In this document: positions 1-10,292 of the stretch, piece by piece
How positions within the stretch are numbered: the first letter of the stretch is position 1
Layout of the letters: every line of letters starts with the position of its first letter
Source: a virus
Lineage: Duplodnaviria > Caudoviricetes
Reading direction: 5' to 3' (one strand)
IMG/VR virus record: IMGVR_UViG_3300032247_001180
Location: 1-30,814 of that record
Length of the DNA stretch: 30,814 nucleotides
Position numbers and translations under genes: made by a program
The notes under the pieces: generated by a model
Database searches by the model: none
Seen by the model: the letters and a program-made list of their open reading frames with translations, nothing else
Told to the model about the DNA's origin: nothing

Positions 1-2
1 AG

Positions 3-1421
3 ACCACAGGTGTCAGGGTCTGGAACTCCTCACTGTTCGGCTCCAACTTCTCCACCTACAACGACTCGGTCGACACCACCTACTCCACCGACTGGCTGAG
101 TCTGCTGCGAGCGAGCTTCTATCACTCGCAGCTCGCCCCGTCGTTGGTCGTGATCGCCCTGGGCTCCAACGAGACCGCCGGAACCGACTTCACCTCCAAG
201 GTGTCGACGATGGTCACCTCCATCACGACGGCGCTCGGCTACAGCCCGTCGTTCGCACTGCTGATCCCGCCGTCCAATAAGCAGCAGACAACCGACGCCG
301 CCTGGGCCACTCGCCTGACCGAGCTCTACGCCACCGCCGCTACCAACGGCTGGGCGGTCTGGGATTGGGCAGAACTTACTGGTTCAGTAAAAACAGACCC
401 ATTTGGGTGGACCGATGACCAGCTCCACCCTGTCGATGCTGGCCACGTCGCCGTAGGTGATTTTGCAGCAAAAAAAGCTACAGAAGGAATTTCAACATTA
501 TCGGCTATTGAAGATCTTAGAACGTATGTCGATTTAGCGGACAATACTTTTTTGGCTTTAGCAGTCCCAAGATCATTGCTCAGCGCAAAAGGTGATATTC
601 TTACTCGTTCTTCTACTTCGGCTACTGTTCGAACTGTAGGTACAGATGCTCAAGTTTTGATAGCAGACTCTACTTATGGAACTGGACTCAAATGGGCAAA
701 TATTGTAGACGCAAACATTGGGGCAGGCGCGGCAATAGCGCCTAGCAAAATAAGCGGAACTGCTGTTGTTACAAATGACGCAAGATTGTCTGACAGTAGA
801 ACACCAACCGATGGATCAGTGACAAACGCTAAAGTTGCAACTGGAGCAGCAATTGATCCGTCAAAAATCAGTGGAACTGCTGTAACTAATAACTTAATTG
901 CTGGTTATCTAGGGACTACTACTTCTTATATCGAGACAATACCGAGGTTTGTTGTTGCAAACGCAATTACTATTCCATCTGGAACAGTTTGGTTGACGTT
1001 TTTAACCCCAATGTGGGATTTGGCAGTTACATCAATTACGGTGGTAGTGACATCAACCCCAACCAGCATTACGTCGTGTTTTGCAGGAATATATACATAC
1101 GATGGAACGACAATTACACTGGCAGCCTCAACTCCTTCATCACCAATAAATACAACCTGGCTTGGGACCACTGGCGCAAGGTCAATCACCCTTTCAAATT
1201 CTTACACAATGACCGCAGGAACACGTTACGCAGTTGCAATACTTTCAAATCACACTGGCACACTTGCTGTTAACGGGACAAACGTTGGAATTTTGACTAC
1301 GCCCGTCGCTCCAAGATTATCAGGAACAATCACTAATACTACTCTTCCTTCTTCTGCTTCAACGTCTTCTAGTCCAGCGATATCAGCAGTGGCTGCTCAA
1401 CAATGGGTTCGAATGTCGTAG
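3..1421 (+). CDS. 5'-truncated virion/tail-associated protein with N-terminal SGNH/GDSL hydrolase-like domain and Thr/Ser-rich beta-type C-terminus
   Basis: The frame is open from base 3 (TTGVRVWNSSLFGS...), so the 144 start is artificial. SGNH block III (VVIALGSNE) and block V (DQLHP) motifs are present, plus an internal repeat GAAIxPSKISGTAV. It sits directly upstream of the tail genes. Confidence 0.65.
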   Translation, partial: TTGVRVWNSSLFGSNFSTYNDSVDTTYSTDWLSLLRASFYHSQLAPSLVVIALGSNETAGTDFTSKVSTMVTSITTALGYSPSFALLIPPSNKQQTTDAAWATRLTELYATAATNGWAVWDWAELTGSVKTDPFGWTDDQLHPVDAGHVAVGDFAAKKATEGISTLSAIEDLRTYVDLADNTFLALAVPRSLLSAKGDILTRSSTSATVRTVGTDAQVLIADSTYGTGLKWANIVDANIGAGAAIAPSKISGTAVVTNDARLSDSRTPTDGSVTNAKVATGAAIDPSKISGTAVTNNLIAGYLGTTTSYIETIPRFVVANAITIPSGTVWLTFLTPMWDLAVTSITVVVTSTPTSITSCFAGIYTYDGTTITLAASTPSSPINTTWLGTTGARSITLSNSYTMTAGTRYAVAILSNHTGTLAVNGTNVGILTTPVAPRLSGTITNTTLPSSASTSSSPAISAVAAQQWVRMS

Positions 1422-1467
1422 ACGTCTTAAATTTTTTAAATTCTAGAATTAAACAAAGGATTAAAGA

Positions 1468-2016
1468 ATGCTCAAGCTTATTGTTTACGGAGAAGAATTC
1501 TACAATGAAGAAACTGGAGAGTTTAACTTTAACGATGAGTTTGTTTTACTGCTTGAGCATTCTTTAGTCTCACTGTCAAAATGGGAGTCAAAATACAAAA
1601 AATCGTTTTTAAGTAATAATGAAAAAAGTTTAGAAGAGACGTTTGGTTATGTTGAGGCAATGATAATAAATGAAGAATATCCAGAAGATATTTTGAACCG
1701 CCTTAAACAAAACCACTTTGATGAAATAAATGCTTATATAGAATCTAGTGAATCTGCTACAACATTTAGTAATAATGCCCAAGGACCACAAAGAAGAAAT
1801 AGTGAAGTAATAACATCAGAATTAATTTATTATTGGATGGTAGCGTTCAATATCCCATTTGAATGCGAAAAGTGGAATTTAAATAGACTTTTTACATTAA
1901 TACAAATTTGTAACATAAAGAATTCAAATCCTAAAAAAATGTCTAAAAACGAAATAATGGCAAGAAACAGCGCTTTAAATGAACAAAGAAAAGCTGCTTT
2001 AGGAACAACAGGCTAA
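1468..2016 (+). CDS. Conserved phage tail-module protein, probable tail assembly chaperone
   Basis: 182 aa with AAAGGA RBS; located two genes upstream of the tape measure gene. Function is inferred from position. Confidence 0.55.
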   Translation: MLKLIVYGEEFYNEETGEFNFNDEFVLLLEHSLVSLSKWESKYKKSFLSNNEKSLEETFGYVEAMIINEEYPEDILNRLKQNHFDEINAYIESSESATTFSNNAQGPQRRNSEVITSELIYYWMVAFNIPFECEKWNLNRLFTLIQICNIKNSNPKKMSKNEIMARNSALNEQRKAALGTTG

Positions 2017-2056
2017 GATCTACAAAATCGTTTTAACTTTTAGAAAGGAGTTTGTT

Positions 2057-2434
2057 TTGATAAAAGTAGAGTCAAAAGGCTCCTTTGAAAAAACCGAAAA
2101 GTTTTTATATGAAATGCAAAAAGCAGAGGTTTTTAAAATTCTTAACCAGTATGGTAAAGAAGGAGTTGATGCTTTAGCTTCTGCTACACCAGTTGACAGT
2201 GGTTTGACTGCTAGTTCATGGGAGTATGAAGCTATCTATAAAAATGGTCGGTATTCCATCATATGGAGTAATACAAATGTTAAAAGCGGGATTCCTGTCG
2301 CGGTATTAATTCAATACGGGCATGCTACTGGAACTGGCGGTTGGGTTGAGGGGACCGACTACATAAACCCATCAATAAAACCACTTTTCGATAAAATAGC
2401 CGAAAATGTTTGGGAAAGGGTGAAAAATGCCTAG
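2057..2434 (+). CDS. HK97 gp10-like / tail completion (neck) protein
   Basis: TTG start with AGAAAGGAG RBS; contains TPVDSG and IQYGH..GTGGWV.G..YINP motifs typical of gp10-like proteins. Confidence 0.6.
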   Translation: MIKVESKGSFEKTEKFLYEMQKAEVFKILNQYGKEGVDALASATPVDSGLTASSWEYEAIYKNGRYSIIWSNTNVKSGIPVAVLIQYGHATGTGGWVEGTDYINPSIKPLFDKIAENVWERVKNA

Positions 2435-5400
2435 TATTGATAACCGCGTTGTTCGAATGGATTTTGATAATAAAAAATTTGAACAGGATGTAAAAACAAC
2501 AACCACAAGTTTAGACAGACTTAAAAATAGTTTAAAATTTGAAGGCGCAACCGATGGTTTAAAAAATATTGGGCAAGCTATTAAAGATGTTACTTTTGAC
2601 CCAATAACCGCGTCAATAGAGCGTGTTCGACAAAATGTTTCAGTAGCTAGTGTTGCTATTATTGCGTCAATTATGAACATTACAAATCGTGTTGTTAATG
2701 CTGGAATTCAAATGGGTAAGTCTTTGACTGTCGCCCCACTTATGGATGGTTTCAAAGAATATGAAACCAATATGGGGGCAATTCAAACGGTTTTAGCTAA
2801 TACAAGTAAAGCCGGAACCACATTAGATGATGTGAACGCGGCTTTAGATGAGTTAAACGTTTATTCAGATAAAACCATTTACAACTTTGGCGAAATGGCT
2901 AAAAACATAGGCACATTTACTGCTGCTGGCGTTGATCTAAAAACATCGGTTAGTTCTATAAAAGGTATAGCAAACGTCGCCGCAATGTCTGGGTCTACAT
3001 CAGAGCAAGCGTCAACGGCTATGTATCAGCTTTCTCAAGCAGTATCTAGTGGAACTGTAAAACTCCAAGACTGGATTTCAGTAAGAAATGCTAGTATGGG
3101 CGGAAGGGTTTTCCAAGAAGCGCTTTTTAATACAGGTAAAGCTTTAGGCACAATAGAAAACGCAAACATAAATACAACGTTTGACGAGTGGACAGCTTCT
3201 GGCACAGATTTTGCACATTCGTTAGAACAAGGCTGGCTTACATCAGAAGTCTTGACTAAGACTTTAAGTGCTTTTACTGGAGATTTAAACGAAGAGCAAT
3301 TAATAGGTCTTGGGTATACAAAAGATCAAGCTGCAGAATTTATGGTTCTTGCAAAAAATGCTTCTAATGCTGCGACGGTTGTAAAAACATTTGGGCAATT
3401 AGCAGAAACAGTAAAATCCAACATTGGGTCTGGATGGTCCTCAAGTTTTAGAATTGTTATAGGAGATTTTGAAGAAGCAAAAACATTATTTACTGCAATG
3501 AACAATGCGGTAAATAATATTGTTGGCCCAATGACTGACGCAAGAAACGCAATGCTTCAGGCCTGGAAAATGTTTGGCGGAAGAACCGTTTTACTCCAGG
3601 GTCTAATATACGCGTTTCAAGCGATAGCGTCAGTTGTAAAATCTGTTTCTATGGCGTTTAGAGACGTATTTCCAAAAAAATCACTGCCAGAACTTCTTCA
3701 GTTAACTAAAAATTTTAAAGATTTTACTTTAAGTTTAAAACCAAACGAAGAAACATTAAAAAATATAAGATCTGTCGCAAGAGGCGTTTTTAGTGTTTTC
3801 TCAATTGCTATAACAATAGTGACTAGTCTTGCAAAAGTTGTTTGGAATTTAAGCAAGGCAATAGGCGGATCTTCTAAAGTTTTACCGATTCTTGCAAAAA
3901 TTGGCGATTTTCTTTTCTATTTAAAACAAGGCGTAGATCAAGGTGTCGTTGGATTTTTAGCTAAATTGGGCGATAGCCTTTCTGGAATAGCATCAAACGC
4001 TATAACAACAGCACTTGATTTCATACAAAACATATTTGGAAGAATTGGCGGAAGAGCTTCTCAAGCTGGAGAAGGAGTTAGTAAACTTGGTTCTATATTT
4101 GGATGGCTTGGCGAGCAAATTAGTAAAATACCAGACATTCTTAAGAAAACGTTTAGCAAAGAAAATTTTAATACGTCTATAGATATACTTAACGTTGGAA
4201 TATTTGCGTCATTAGTAGGCGTGTTAGCTCATTTCTTTAAGCGTATTTTAGCGTTTGATTTTGGAAGTGGGTTTATTAAAAAGTTAACTGGAATGTTTGA
4301 AGAACTCGGAAAAACGCTTGCCGCTTTCCAACTTAAAGTAAAGGCTGATGCTATACGCTCGATTGCTATATCCATAGCTATTATGGCTGGATCTTTACTT
4401 ATTCTTTCTATGATTGATTCTGAAGCACTTCAAAAAGCTTTAGTTGCCATGGCTTTAGTATTTGGTCTTATGGCGGGTATGATGAAGTTTCTTGAGTCTA
4501 TAGCAAAAGATAAAGGGCAAGCAACGGCAATTTTAAAGACGTCAATTGCTATGGCTGCTATTGGTGTATCAATGATGTTTTTAGCAGGTTCTTTGAAAGT
4601 GTTTGCGTCTATGAGTTGGGCGGAATTAGCAAAAGGATTTACTGGTTTAATTTTATCTATAGGCACACTTGTACTTGCTTTAAAATACATGCCAGAAAAA
4701 ACAAAATTGTTCTCAACTGGTCTTGGTATATACTTTATGGCTAAAGGCGCAAAAAAATTTGCTGATGCAGTTCAAACATTTGGCCGTATGTCTTTGAAAG
4801 AACTTACGCAAGGTTTACTTAGTCTTTCTATAGTGATGACACTTCTTATTGGCGTAATTGAAGCATCTGATCAAAAAAAGATGTTACAATTTGGAGCTGG
4901 CATTTTTATTTTTGCATACGGAATAATGGAACTTGTTGGCGCTATTTGGCTAATGGGTAAAATGGACACGCATACACTTATCCAAGGACTTTTTGGTTTA
5001 ACTGTTATTCTTGTCGGGCTTTCAGTAGCATTGCAAGCATTCCCTCAAGACATGGATAAAATTGGTATCGGCATGTTAGCAATAGGCGCAGCAATAGGCA
5101 TTATAACTGCGGCTATATTAGTTATCGGTTCAATGGGTCTTGGGAATTTGATTCAAGGCTTAGTAGGAATCGCTGCGGTCTTAACTATTTTAGCTGTTGC
5201 TGTAAAAGTTTTAGACACGGCTATTGTTGGCGTTGAAGCTATTGTCCAATTAGCTGGAGCTTTAATGGTTATGGCCATAGCAATAAAAGTGTTTGGGTCT
5301 ATGTCTCTTGGAGATTTGATAAAGGGTCTTATTGGAATGGCTGGGGCTATAGGCGTTGTTGCTTTAGCTTCTTTAGCGGCATTGCCTGCTCTCCCAGCAA

Positions 5401-6851
5401 TTATTGGTTTGGCCGTTGCATTTGGTATTCTTGGTATAGCTATTGCCGCGATAGGTATTGGCGCTATGCTTCTTGCCAAAGCAATTGATATGATTGTTAA
5501 ATCTGGTGCAAACGGCGTTTCTGCTATTGGCGGTTTACTTGGTTCTGTAATCTCCAAAATAGGAGAGTTTGTTGGCGCTTTGTTTACTGCTTTCATGGGA
5601 ATAGTCAAAAAGTTCTTTGTTATGCTTCCAGAGTTGTTTAAAAAGCTTTTAGGAATAATAACAGGTTTTATACCCGGAATAATAACGTTTGTTTTAAACT
5701 TTGTTGTCGCTATTCTTAATGCAATAAGGCAAAATCTTCCTGAACTTGTTTCTGCTGTAATAGAAATAATCGCAACGTTCATAAATACAATTGCCGCTAA
5801 TTTAGGTCTTATCATAGCTGCGGGAACAAATCTTATTGTAGCATGGATTCGAGGAATGGACAATGCCTCGCAATTAGTTATAGACGCAGTAACTGATTTA
5901 ATTGTTAATTTCTTAACTTCTCTTAAAGATAGTGCGTCAAGAATTATTGAAGCTGGAAGAAAGTTAATAGTCGCAGTTATTGAGGGTATGGATAAGGCTA
6001 TAACAGATCCAAATGATGGTATAGTCCCAGCTATTAGGACAATGATAGTACACTTTATAAACGCTGTTGCAGACAGTTATGGCGATATTATTGATGCTGG
6101 TGTTAAAGCAGTCGTTAAGTTTTTAGATGGCTTAGGTAAAAACGCTCAAGAAATTAGCGACGCTGCTGGAAAATTTATACTAGACGTTTTAACTGCTTTA
6201 GAAAAATCAATTGAAACATATGCTCCTCAAATTCGAAACGCGGCAATAAAAATTGGTTTGGCCATTATTGATGGAATGACGTTTGGTTTGGGTACAAAAG
6301 TCTTAAAATTCATGGGTCTTATTGATGACACCGGAGCAAAAGCAATAGATGCCGCAAGAGCATCAGTTGACGCGCACTCCCCGTCTAGAGCATTTATGGA
6401 AATTGGAAAAGATATGATGGACGGTTTAACTATCGGAATTGCTAGAGACTCAAGTGTCGTTAATGCAACTCGTCGTGTTGGAAGCGATGCAGTCAAAGCA
6501 TTAAACAGCTCGTTATCTTTACTTGCTTATAATTTAGGAGATGTTAGTGAGTTCAACCCAACTATTACCCCAGTGTTAGATCTTTCAAACATTCAAAATG
6601 GGAGTAAACTAATGAATAATATGTTTGGCTCTCCAATAATTGGCGCAAACCTTTCGTTTGGAAAAGCATCTGCTATATCTGTTGCTGAAAATCAAAATCA
6701 AAAAAATACCGCGGTGAAAATTTCCCCACAAGTAAATGAAATCAAATTTGAGCAAACAATAAATTCTCCAGTGGCTCTTACTACAAGTGAAATTTATCGT
6801 AACACAAAGACTCAAATTTCAATGGCTAAAGAGGAGCTACGGTTAGTATGA
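2427..6851 (+). CDS. Tape measure protein
   Basis: 1474 aa, Ala/Gly/Ile/Leu-rich amphipathic repeats; tape-measure N-terminal motif DKTIYNFGEM..IGTFTAAG and C-terminal HSPSRAF motif; followed by baseplate genes. Confidence 0.93.
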   Translation: MPSIDNRVVRMDFDNKKFEQDVKTTTTSLDRLKNSLKFEGATDGLKNIGQAIKDVTFDPITASIERVRQNVSVASVAIIASIMNITNRVVNAGIQMGKSLTVAPLMDGFKEYETNMGAIQTVLANTSKAGTTLDDVNAALDELNVYSDKTIYNFGEMAKNIGTFTAAGVDLKTSVSSIKGIANVAAMSGSTSEQASTAMYQLSQAVSSGTVKLQDWISVRNASMGGRVFQEALFNTGKALGTIENANINTTFDEWTASGTDFAHSLEQGWLTSEVLTKTLSAFTGDLNEEQLIGLGYTKDQAAEFMVLAKNASNAATVVKTFGQLAETVKSNIGSGWSSSFRIVIGDFEEAKTLFTAMNNAVNNIVGPMTDARNAMLQAWKMFGGRTVLLQGLIYAFQAIASVVKSVSMAFRDVFPKKSLPELLQLTKNFKDFTLSLKPNEETLKNIRSVARGVFSVFSIAITIVTSLAKVVWNLSKAIGGSSKVLPILAKIGDFLFYLKQGVDQGVVGFLAKLGDSLSGIASNAITTALDFIQNIFGRIGGRASQAGEGVSKLGSIFGWLGEQISKIPDILKKTFSKENFNTSIDILNVGIFASLVGVLAHFFKRILAFDFGSGFIKKLTGMFEELGKTLAAFQLKVKADAIRSIAISIAIMAGSLLILSMIDSEALQKALVAMALVFGLMAGMMKFLESIAKDKGQATAILKTSIAMAAIGVSMMFLAGSLKVFASMSWAELAKGFTGLILSIGTLVLALKYMPEKTKLFSTGLGIYFMAKGAKKFADAVQTFGRMSLKELTQGLLSLSIVMTLLIGVIEASDQKKMLQFGAGIFIFAYGIMELVGAIWLMGKMDTHTLIQGLFGLTVILVGLSVALQAFPQDMDKIGIGMLAIGAAIGIITAAILVIGSMGLGNLIQGLVGIAAVLTILAVAVKVLDTAIVGVEAIVQLAGALMVMAIAIKVFGSMSLGDLIKGLIGMAGAIGVVALASLAALPALPAIIGLAVAFGILGIAIAAIGIGAMLLAKAIDMIVKSGANGVSAIGGLLGSVISKIGEFVGALFTAFMGIVKKFFVMLPELFKKLLGIITGFIPGIITFVLNFVVAILNAIRQNLPELVSAVIEIIATFINTIAANLGLIIAAGTNLIVAWIRGMDNASQLVIDAVTDLIVNFLTSLKDSASRIIEAGRKLIVAVIEGMDKAITDPNDGIVPAIRTMIVHFINAVADSYGDIIDAGVKAVVKFLDGLGKNAQEISDAAGKFILDVLTALEKSIETYAPQIRNAAIKIGLAIIDGMTFGLGTKVLKFMGLIDDTGAKAIDAARASVDAHSPSRAFMEIGKDMMDGLTIGIARDSSVVNATRRVGSDAVKALNSSLSLLAYNLGDVSEFNPTITPVLDLSNIQNGSKLMNNMFGSPIIGANLSFGKASAISVAENQNQKNTAVKISPQVNEIKFEQTINSPVALTTSEIYRNTKTQISMAKEELRLV

Positions 6852-7789
6852 ATGTGACATCAATTGAGTTATGGTCTAATTTAGATTATAGTTCTGGAGC
6901 TACTCCTAAAAAGCATGCTACTTTGTCATTATCCCAGGTTTCATACACAGACAGTTATCTTATTAAATCTGTGTCTGGGTTAGACAACGCAGATATATCG
7001 CCTCATTACTATGGGACTGGAAATGGTATTCTTCTTGGCTACCAGTATTATTCTATGGTTCCTCCGCCTAGAGTTGTCACGTTTTTAATAAAACTAAACC
7101 CACAATCTGAAGAAACAGTAGGGTCTTTACGAGACGAATTGACAAAGATGATATCTTACACAAGACGTGGCACCATAGAAATAAAATTTAAAAATGGATC
7201 GACTCATGTAGCTAGTTTATTTGGGTTGGTTACAAAATTTGAATCTAATATTTTTACTTCAGATGCAGATGTTCAAATAACGTTTACATGCGACTACCCT
7301 TTTTTAAAATCCCCAACATTCACTGAACTTATTTCTGGCACTCCTGCTGCTACTTCAACGTTTGAGATTAATGATACTCTATCTACTGCGCCTCATGGAG
7401 TTAGAATGGAACTTGAGTTTACTGCGAATGTAAATGCATCAACACCATTTACTATTCAGGGCATATCAGGGCAAACTGTGGCGCCTTTTGTTATAAGATA
7501 TGATTTCAAATCGTTTACGTCATCAGGCAAAAAAACAGTAGACACTTTGTATATTAATACTGAAGAAGAAAACAGATCTATATATGTTGTGAGAACAGTT
7601 ACCGTAGTTTCTACAGGAGCACTTGACACAACAGTTTCACCAAACCCAGCAACAACATATTTAGCAGACAAACTTGACGCAAATTCTATATGGCCTATAA
7701 TATTTCCAGGGTCAAACTCTTTAGGGTTTTCAAATTTGAATTTCAAATGGAATTCAGTAAAATATAAACCACTTTACTGGGGGATATAA
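6848..7789 (+). CDS. Distal tail (Dit)-like minor tail protein
   Basis: Overlaps the tape measure stop (ATGA); contains QITFTCDYPF and WPIIFPGSN motifs typical of siphovirus tail components. Confidence 0.75.
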   Translation: MNVTSIELWSNLDYSSGATPKKHATLSLSQVSYTDSYLIKSVSGLDNADISPHYYGTGNGILLGYQYYSMVPPPRVVTFLIKLNPQSEETVGSLRDELTKMISYTRRGTIEIKFKNGSTHVASLFGLVTKFESNIFTSDADVQITFTCDYPFLKSPTFTELISGTPAATSTFEINDTLSTAPHGVRMELEFTANVNASTPFTIQGISGQTVAPFVIRYDFKSFTSSGKKTVDTLYINTEEENRSIYVVRTVTVVSTGALDTTVSPNPATTYLADKLDANSIWPIIFPGSNSLGFSNLNFKWNSVKYKPLYWGI

Positions 7790-7790
7790 T

Positions 7791-8945
7791 ATGGATATTT
7801 TTAGTCTAGACGAAGATGCTTACACTAATGGTAAATTAATTTCTGGTATAGAGAGTATTTTATGGGTAGAACGTTATGCTGACGCTGGCGAATTCAAAAT
7901 AATTGGAACACCAAAAAAAACGTTTATGGATGATCTTGCTCTTGGAACGTTAATATCCCATAGCGATACAACCAGTGTTATGATGGTAGAAAACCATAGT
8001 ATAGACGAAACAAAAGATGGCGATATAAAAATAGAAATTACTGGTAGAACTATAGATGCTATTGCAATGGAAAATCGAATTATTGCATATAATGCGCTTA
8101 GTCCTCCGCAAACACTTCAAAAATATGTTGATCTTCCACTTGGTTTATTTATAAATTATGCCTCAGACCCTTACTATGCTAATAGACCTTCAAGTTGGGG
8201 CCAAATAGAACAAATAGTATATGGTTATCTTATTGCTGATTACGATCCTGAAAACGACGCATTTCCATATGGGAATCTAAATATTAGGTCTATACCATCA
8301 ATGAGAACGGGCGATCCAGTATTATACAGATATAAACTTTCAGCCCCAAAACTTGGAAATGTTTATGAAATAGTTAAAAAACTATTAGACGCTACAAAAT
8401 CAGGGATTAAAATTGAACGCCCAAATACAAGCCATAGTACTTTAGATTTTGTTATACACCAAGGTTTAGATCTGTCATCAAAAGTTCAGTTCAATTGGGC
8501 GTCTGGAGATTTAGAAACTGCTAGATATCTTTGGACAAACAAAGATTTTAAAAACGCAGCTTATGTAGGAAGCGACAGTTTTGGGATTAGAGTAATTCCT
8601 CCTCTTACTACAGGATGGGGTTTAAGATTTACGTCTGTAGATATGGGCGATGTAAGCCAGTATTATTCAGACCCAAACGCTTTAACAACAACAGAATATT
8701 CTAATTTAGAAAGTATTTATACTTCTGCTGGTAAAACGGAAATCGCTAAATATAAAAGCGGGTTTTTTATGGACGCTACCGTTTCTAAAAATGCTAGTTA
8801 CCAATATGGCAACGACTATAATATTGGAGACATTGTTTACGTTATTGGTAATTATGGCGCTGAAACAAAAATGAAAATAACAGAATTCGCTAGAACTATT
8901 GATAGCAGCGGAGAAAGTGGGATACCAACTTTGTCCCCTATTTAA
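7791..8945 (+). CDS. Minor tail protein (siphovirus Gp37-like / Tal position)
   Basis: N-terminal ESILWVERY..AGEF and C-terminal YQYGNDYNIGDIV motifs; follows the Dit-like gene. Confidence 0.78.
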   Translation: MDIFSLDEDAYTNGKLISGIESILWVERYADAGEFKIIGTPKKTFMDDLALGTLISHSDTTSVMMVENHSIDETKDGDIKIEITGRTIDAIAMENRIIAYNALSPPQTLQKYVDLPLGLFINYASDPYYANRPSSWGQIEQIVYGYLIADYDPENDAFPYGNLNIRSIPSMRTGDPVLYRYKLSAPKLGNVYEIVKKLLDATKSGIKIERPNTSHSTLDFVIHQGLDLSSKVQFNWASGDLETARYLWTNKDFKNAAYVGSDSFGIRVIPPLTTGWGLRFTSVDMGDVSQYYSDPNALTTTEYSNLESIYTSAGKTEIAKYKSGFFMDATVSKNASYQYGNDYNIGDIVYVIGNYGAETKMKITEFARTIDSSGESGIPTLSPI

Positions 8946-8957
8946 AGGAGAAAGGAA

Positions 8958-9311
8958 GTGAGTGAACCCAATTGGGTAATTGCTATTATAGCCGTTATTC
9001 TTGGTGCTGGCGGTATAGGAGCTTTTATTCCTCTTTTAAAATTAAAACAAGATAAAGAGTCGTCAATGGTCTTTGGGTCTGAAGCAGCTGTAAACTCTTT
9101 AACGATTGCTTTGCAGCAATCTGATATTAGGGTAACTATATTAGAGGAAGAAAACAAAAACCTTAAAGCTCTTATAAAGCAGTTGAGAGATGACGTAGAC
9201 GCTAGTAAAGTTGCGGTTAATAATTTGACTAAAACTTTGAACGATACTAAAGCAAAATTAAATTCCGCGCTTGCTAACACTACTCATGGAACAAAAAATG
9301 GAGAAATATAA
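8958..9311 (+). CDS. Membrane-anchored coiled-coil protein (lysis/tail-adjacent)
   Basis: GTG start with RBS; N-terminal hydrophobic helix followed by heptad repeats; precedes the holin. Confidence 0.65.
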   Translation: MSEPNWVIAIIAVILGAGGIGAFIPLLKLKQDKESSMVFGSEAAVNSLTIALQQSDIRVTILEEENKNLKALIKQLRDDVDASKVAVNNLTKTLNDTKAKLNSALANTTHGTKNGEI

Positions 9312-9697
9312 TGACTGAAACAAATTCTTACGAATATTCTGGAAACGATTTTCAGATAAAAGACTATTTCATGAGCAATAAAGTTTATGATTTCCTTAAA
9401 TTCTTAGTCCAGATAGCTCTTCCTGCTTTTGGCACTTTATATTTTACTTTGGCTTCAATATGGGGTCTTCCTGCAGCAGAACAGGTTGTTGGGACTATTG
9501 TGGCGTTAAGTACGTTTTTTGGTGTTGTGCTGCAATTAAGTAAAAAATCGTATAACTCTAGCGAGGGTCAGTACGATGGATCTATAAACATACAAGAGCG
9601 TGAAGACGGAGTTAAAGTTTATTCGTTAAATTTAAACCAGGACACAAGTGTTTTAGATTCTAAAAAAAATGTGAAGTTTAAGGTCGACGGGGCCTAA
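9311..9697 (+). CDS. Holin (Dp-1-like family)
   Basis: MSNKVYDFLK..VQIALPAFGTLYFTLASIWGLP..EQVVGTIVALSTFFGVVLQLS with two TM helices matches the Dp-1-type holin signature. Confidence 0.85.
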   Translation: MTETNSYEYSGNDFQIKDYFMSNKVYDFLKFLVQIALPAFGTLYFTLASIWGLPAAEQVVGTIVALSTFFGVVLQLSKKSYNSSEGQYDGSINIQEREDGVKVYSLNLNQDTSVLDSKKNVKFKVDGA

Positions 9698-9706
9698 CTT
9701 TTTATT

Positions 9707-9735
9707 TCGCACAAAAAACAACTTGTATAATGAGG
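9707..9735 (+). promoter_or_regulatory. Conserved promoter-like motif, copy 1
   Basis: TCGCA-caaaaaACAacttg-TATAATGAGG. Confidence 0.8.
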
Positions 9736-9752
9736 CTACGAAAGGAAAACTG

Positions 9753-10022
9753 TTGACCAAGTCAAAAAGCAATCAGATTGACCAAGCGATCAATAGCGCG
9801 CTGCAGAATTTGCAGAACGTTGAGATCAATTCAGATGAGTACTTCCAGACTATGACCGCTGTTGAGCGGCTCTATGCGCTTAAGAATGAGAAAAAGCGCG
9901 TGAGCCCTGACACCGCGGCCATTGTCGGCGGAAATCTCATTGGGATCATCATCATCGTCGCGTATGAACACGCGCACGTGATCGTGAGTAAGTCGTTCAA
10001 CTTGCTGCTTAAGACAAGATGA
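9753..10022 (+). CDS. Cassette ORF: 89-aa protein with C-terminal hydrophobic segment
   Basis: TTG start after CTACGAAAGGAA RBS; the track start at 9723 lies inside the promoter motif; GC-richer codons. Confidence 0.75.
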   Translation: MTKSKSNQIDQAINSALQNLQNVEINSDEYFQTMTAVERLYALKNEKKRVSPDTAAIVGGNLIGIIIIVAYEHAHVIVSKSFNLLLKTR

Positions 10023-10038
10023 CAGACCAAAAGTAGTA

Positions 10039-10088
10039 AAAACATAGAAGTCGTGTAAGATATCAAACTTACACGGCTTCTATGTTTT
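10039..10088 (+). terminator. Long hairpin closing cassette 1
   Basis: 21-bp stem AAAACATAGAAGTCGTGTAAG / CTTACACGGCTTCTATGTTTT (one G-T pair) with an 8-nt loop. Confidence 0.65.
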
Positions 10089-10127
10089 ACAACGCCTATA
10101 TTTTTTCCATTTTTGTTAAAAACTAGT

Positions 10128-10216
10128 CTCTATTTTGCGGTCTAAGCGATTTTAAAATGATAAGTGGTATGATTCTGTCATAATAGTAGTAAAATTGCTT
10201 AGAAGGCAAAATAGAG
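10128..10216. repeat. Long imperfect inverted repeat
   Basis: CTCTATTTTGC-gg-TCTAAGCGATTTTA ... TAAAATTGCTTAGA-ag-GCAAAATAGAG. Confidence 0.8.
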
Positions 10217-10241
10217 GGCAATGGGAAGAAACGGGTGTTTT

Positions 10242-10270
10242 TCGCACGTTTTGCAAGCCTTATAATGAGG
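10242..10270 (+). promoter_or_regulatory. Conserved promoter-like motif, copy 2
   Basis: TCGCA-cgttttGCAagcct-TATAATGAGG. Confidence 0.8.
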
Positions 10271-10292
10271 ATCAACCACGAAAGGAAGTACT

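Noticed and set aside
1468-2434. Programmed frameshift joining two tail assembly chaperones
   Set aside because: The second ORF has its own strong RBS and gp10-like motifs, and no convincing slippery site near the first stop was identified.
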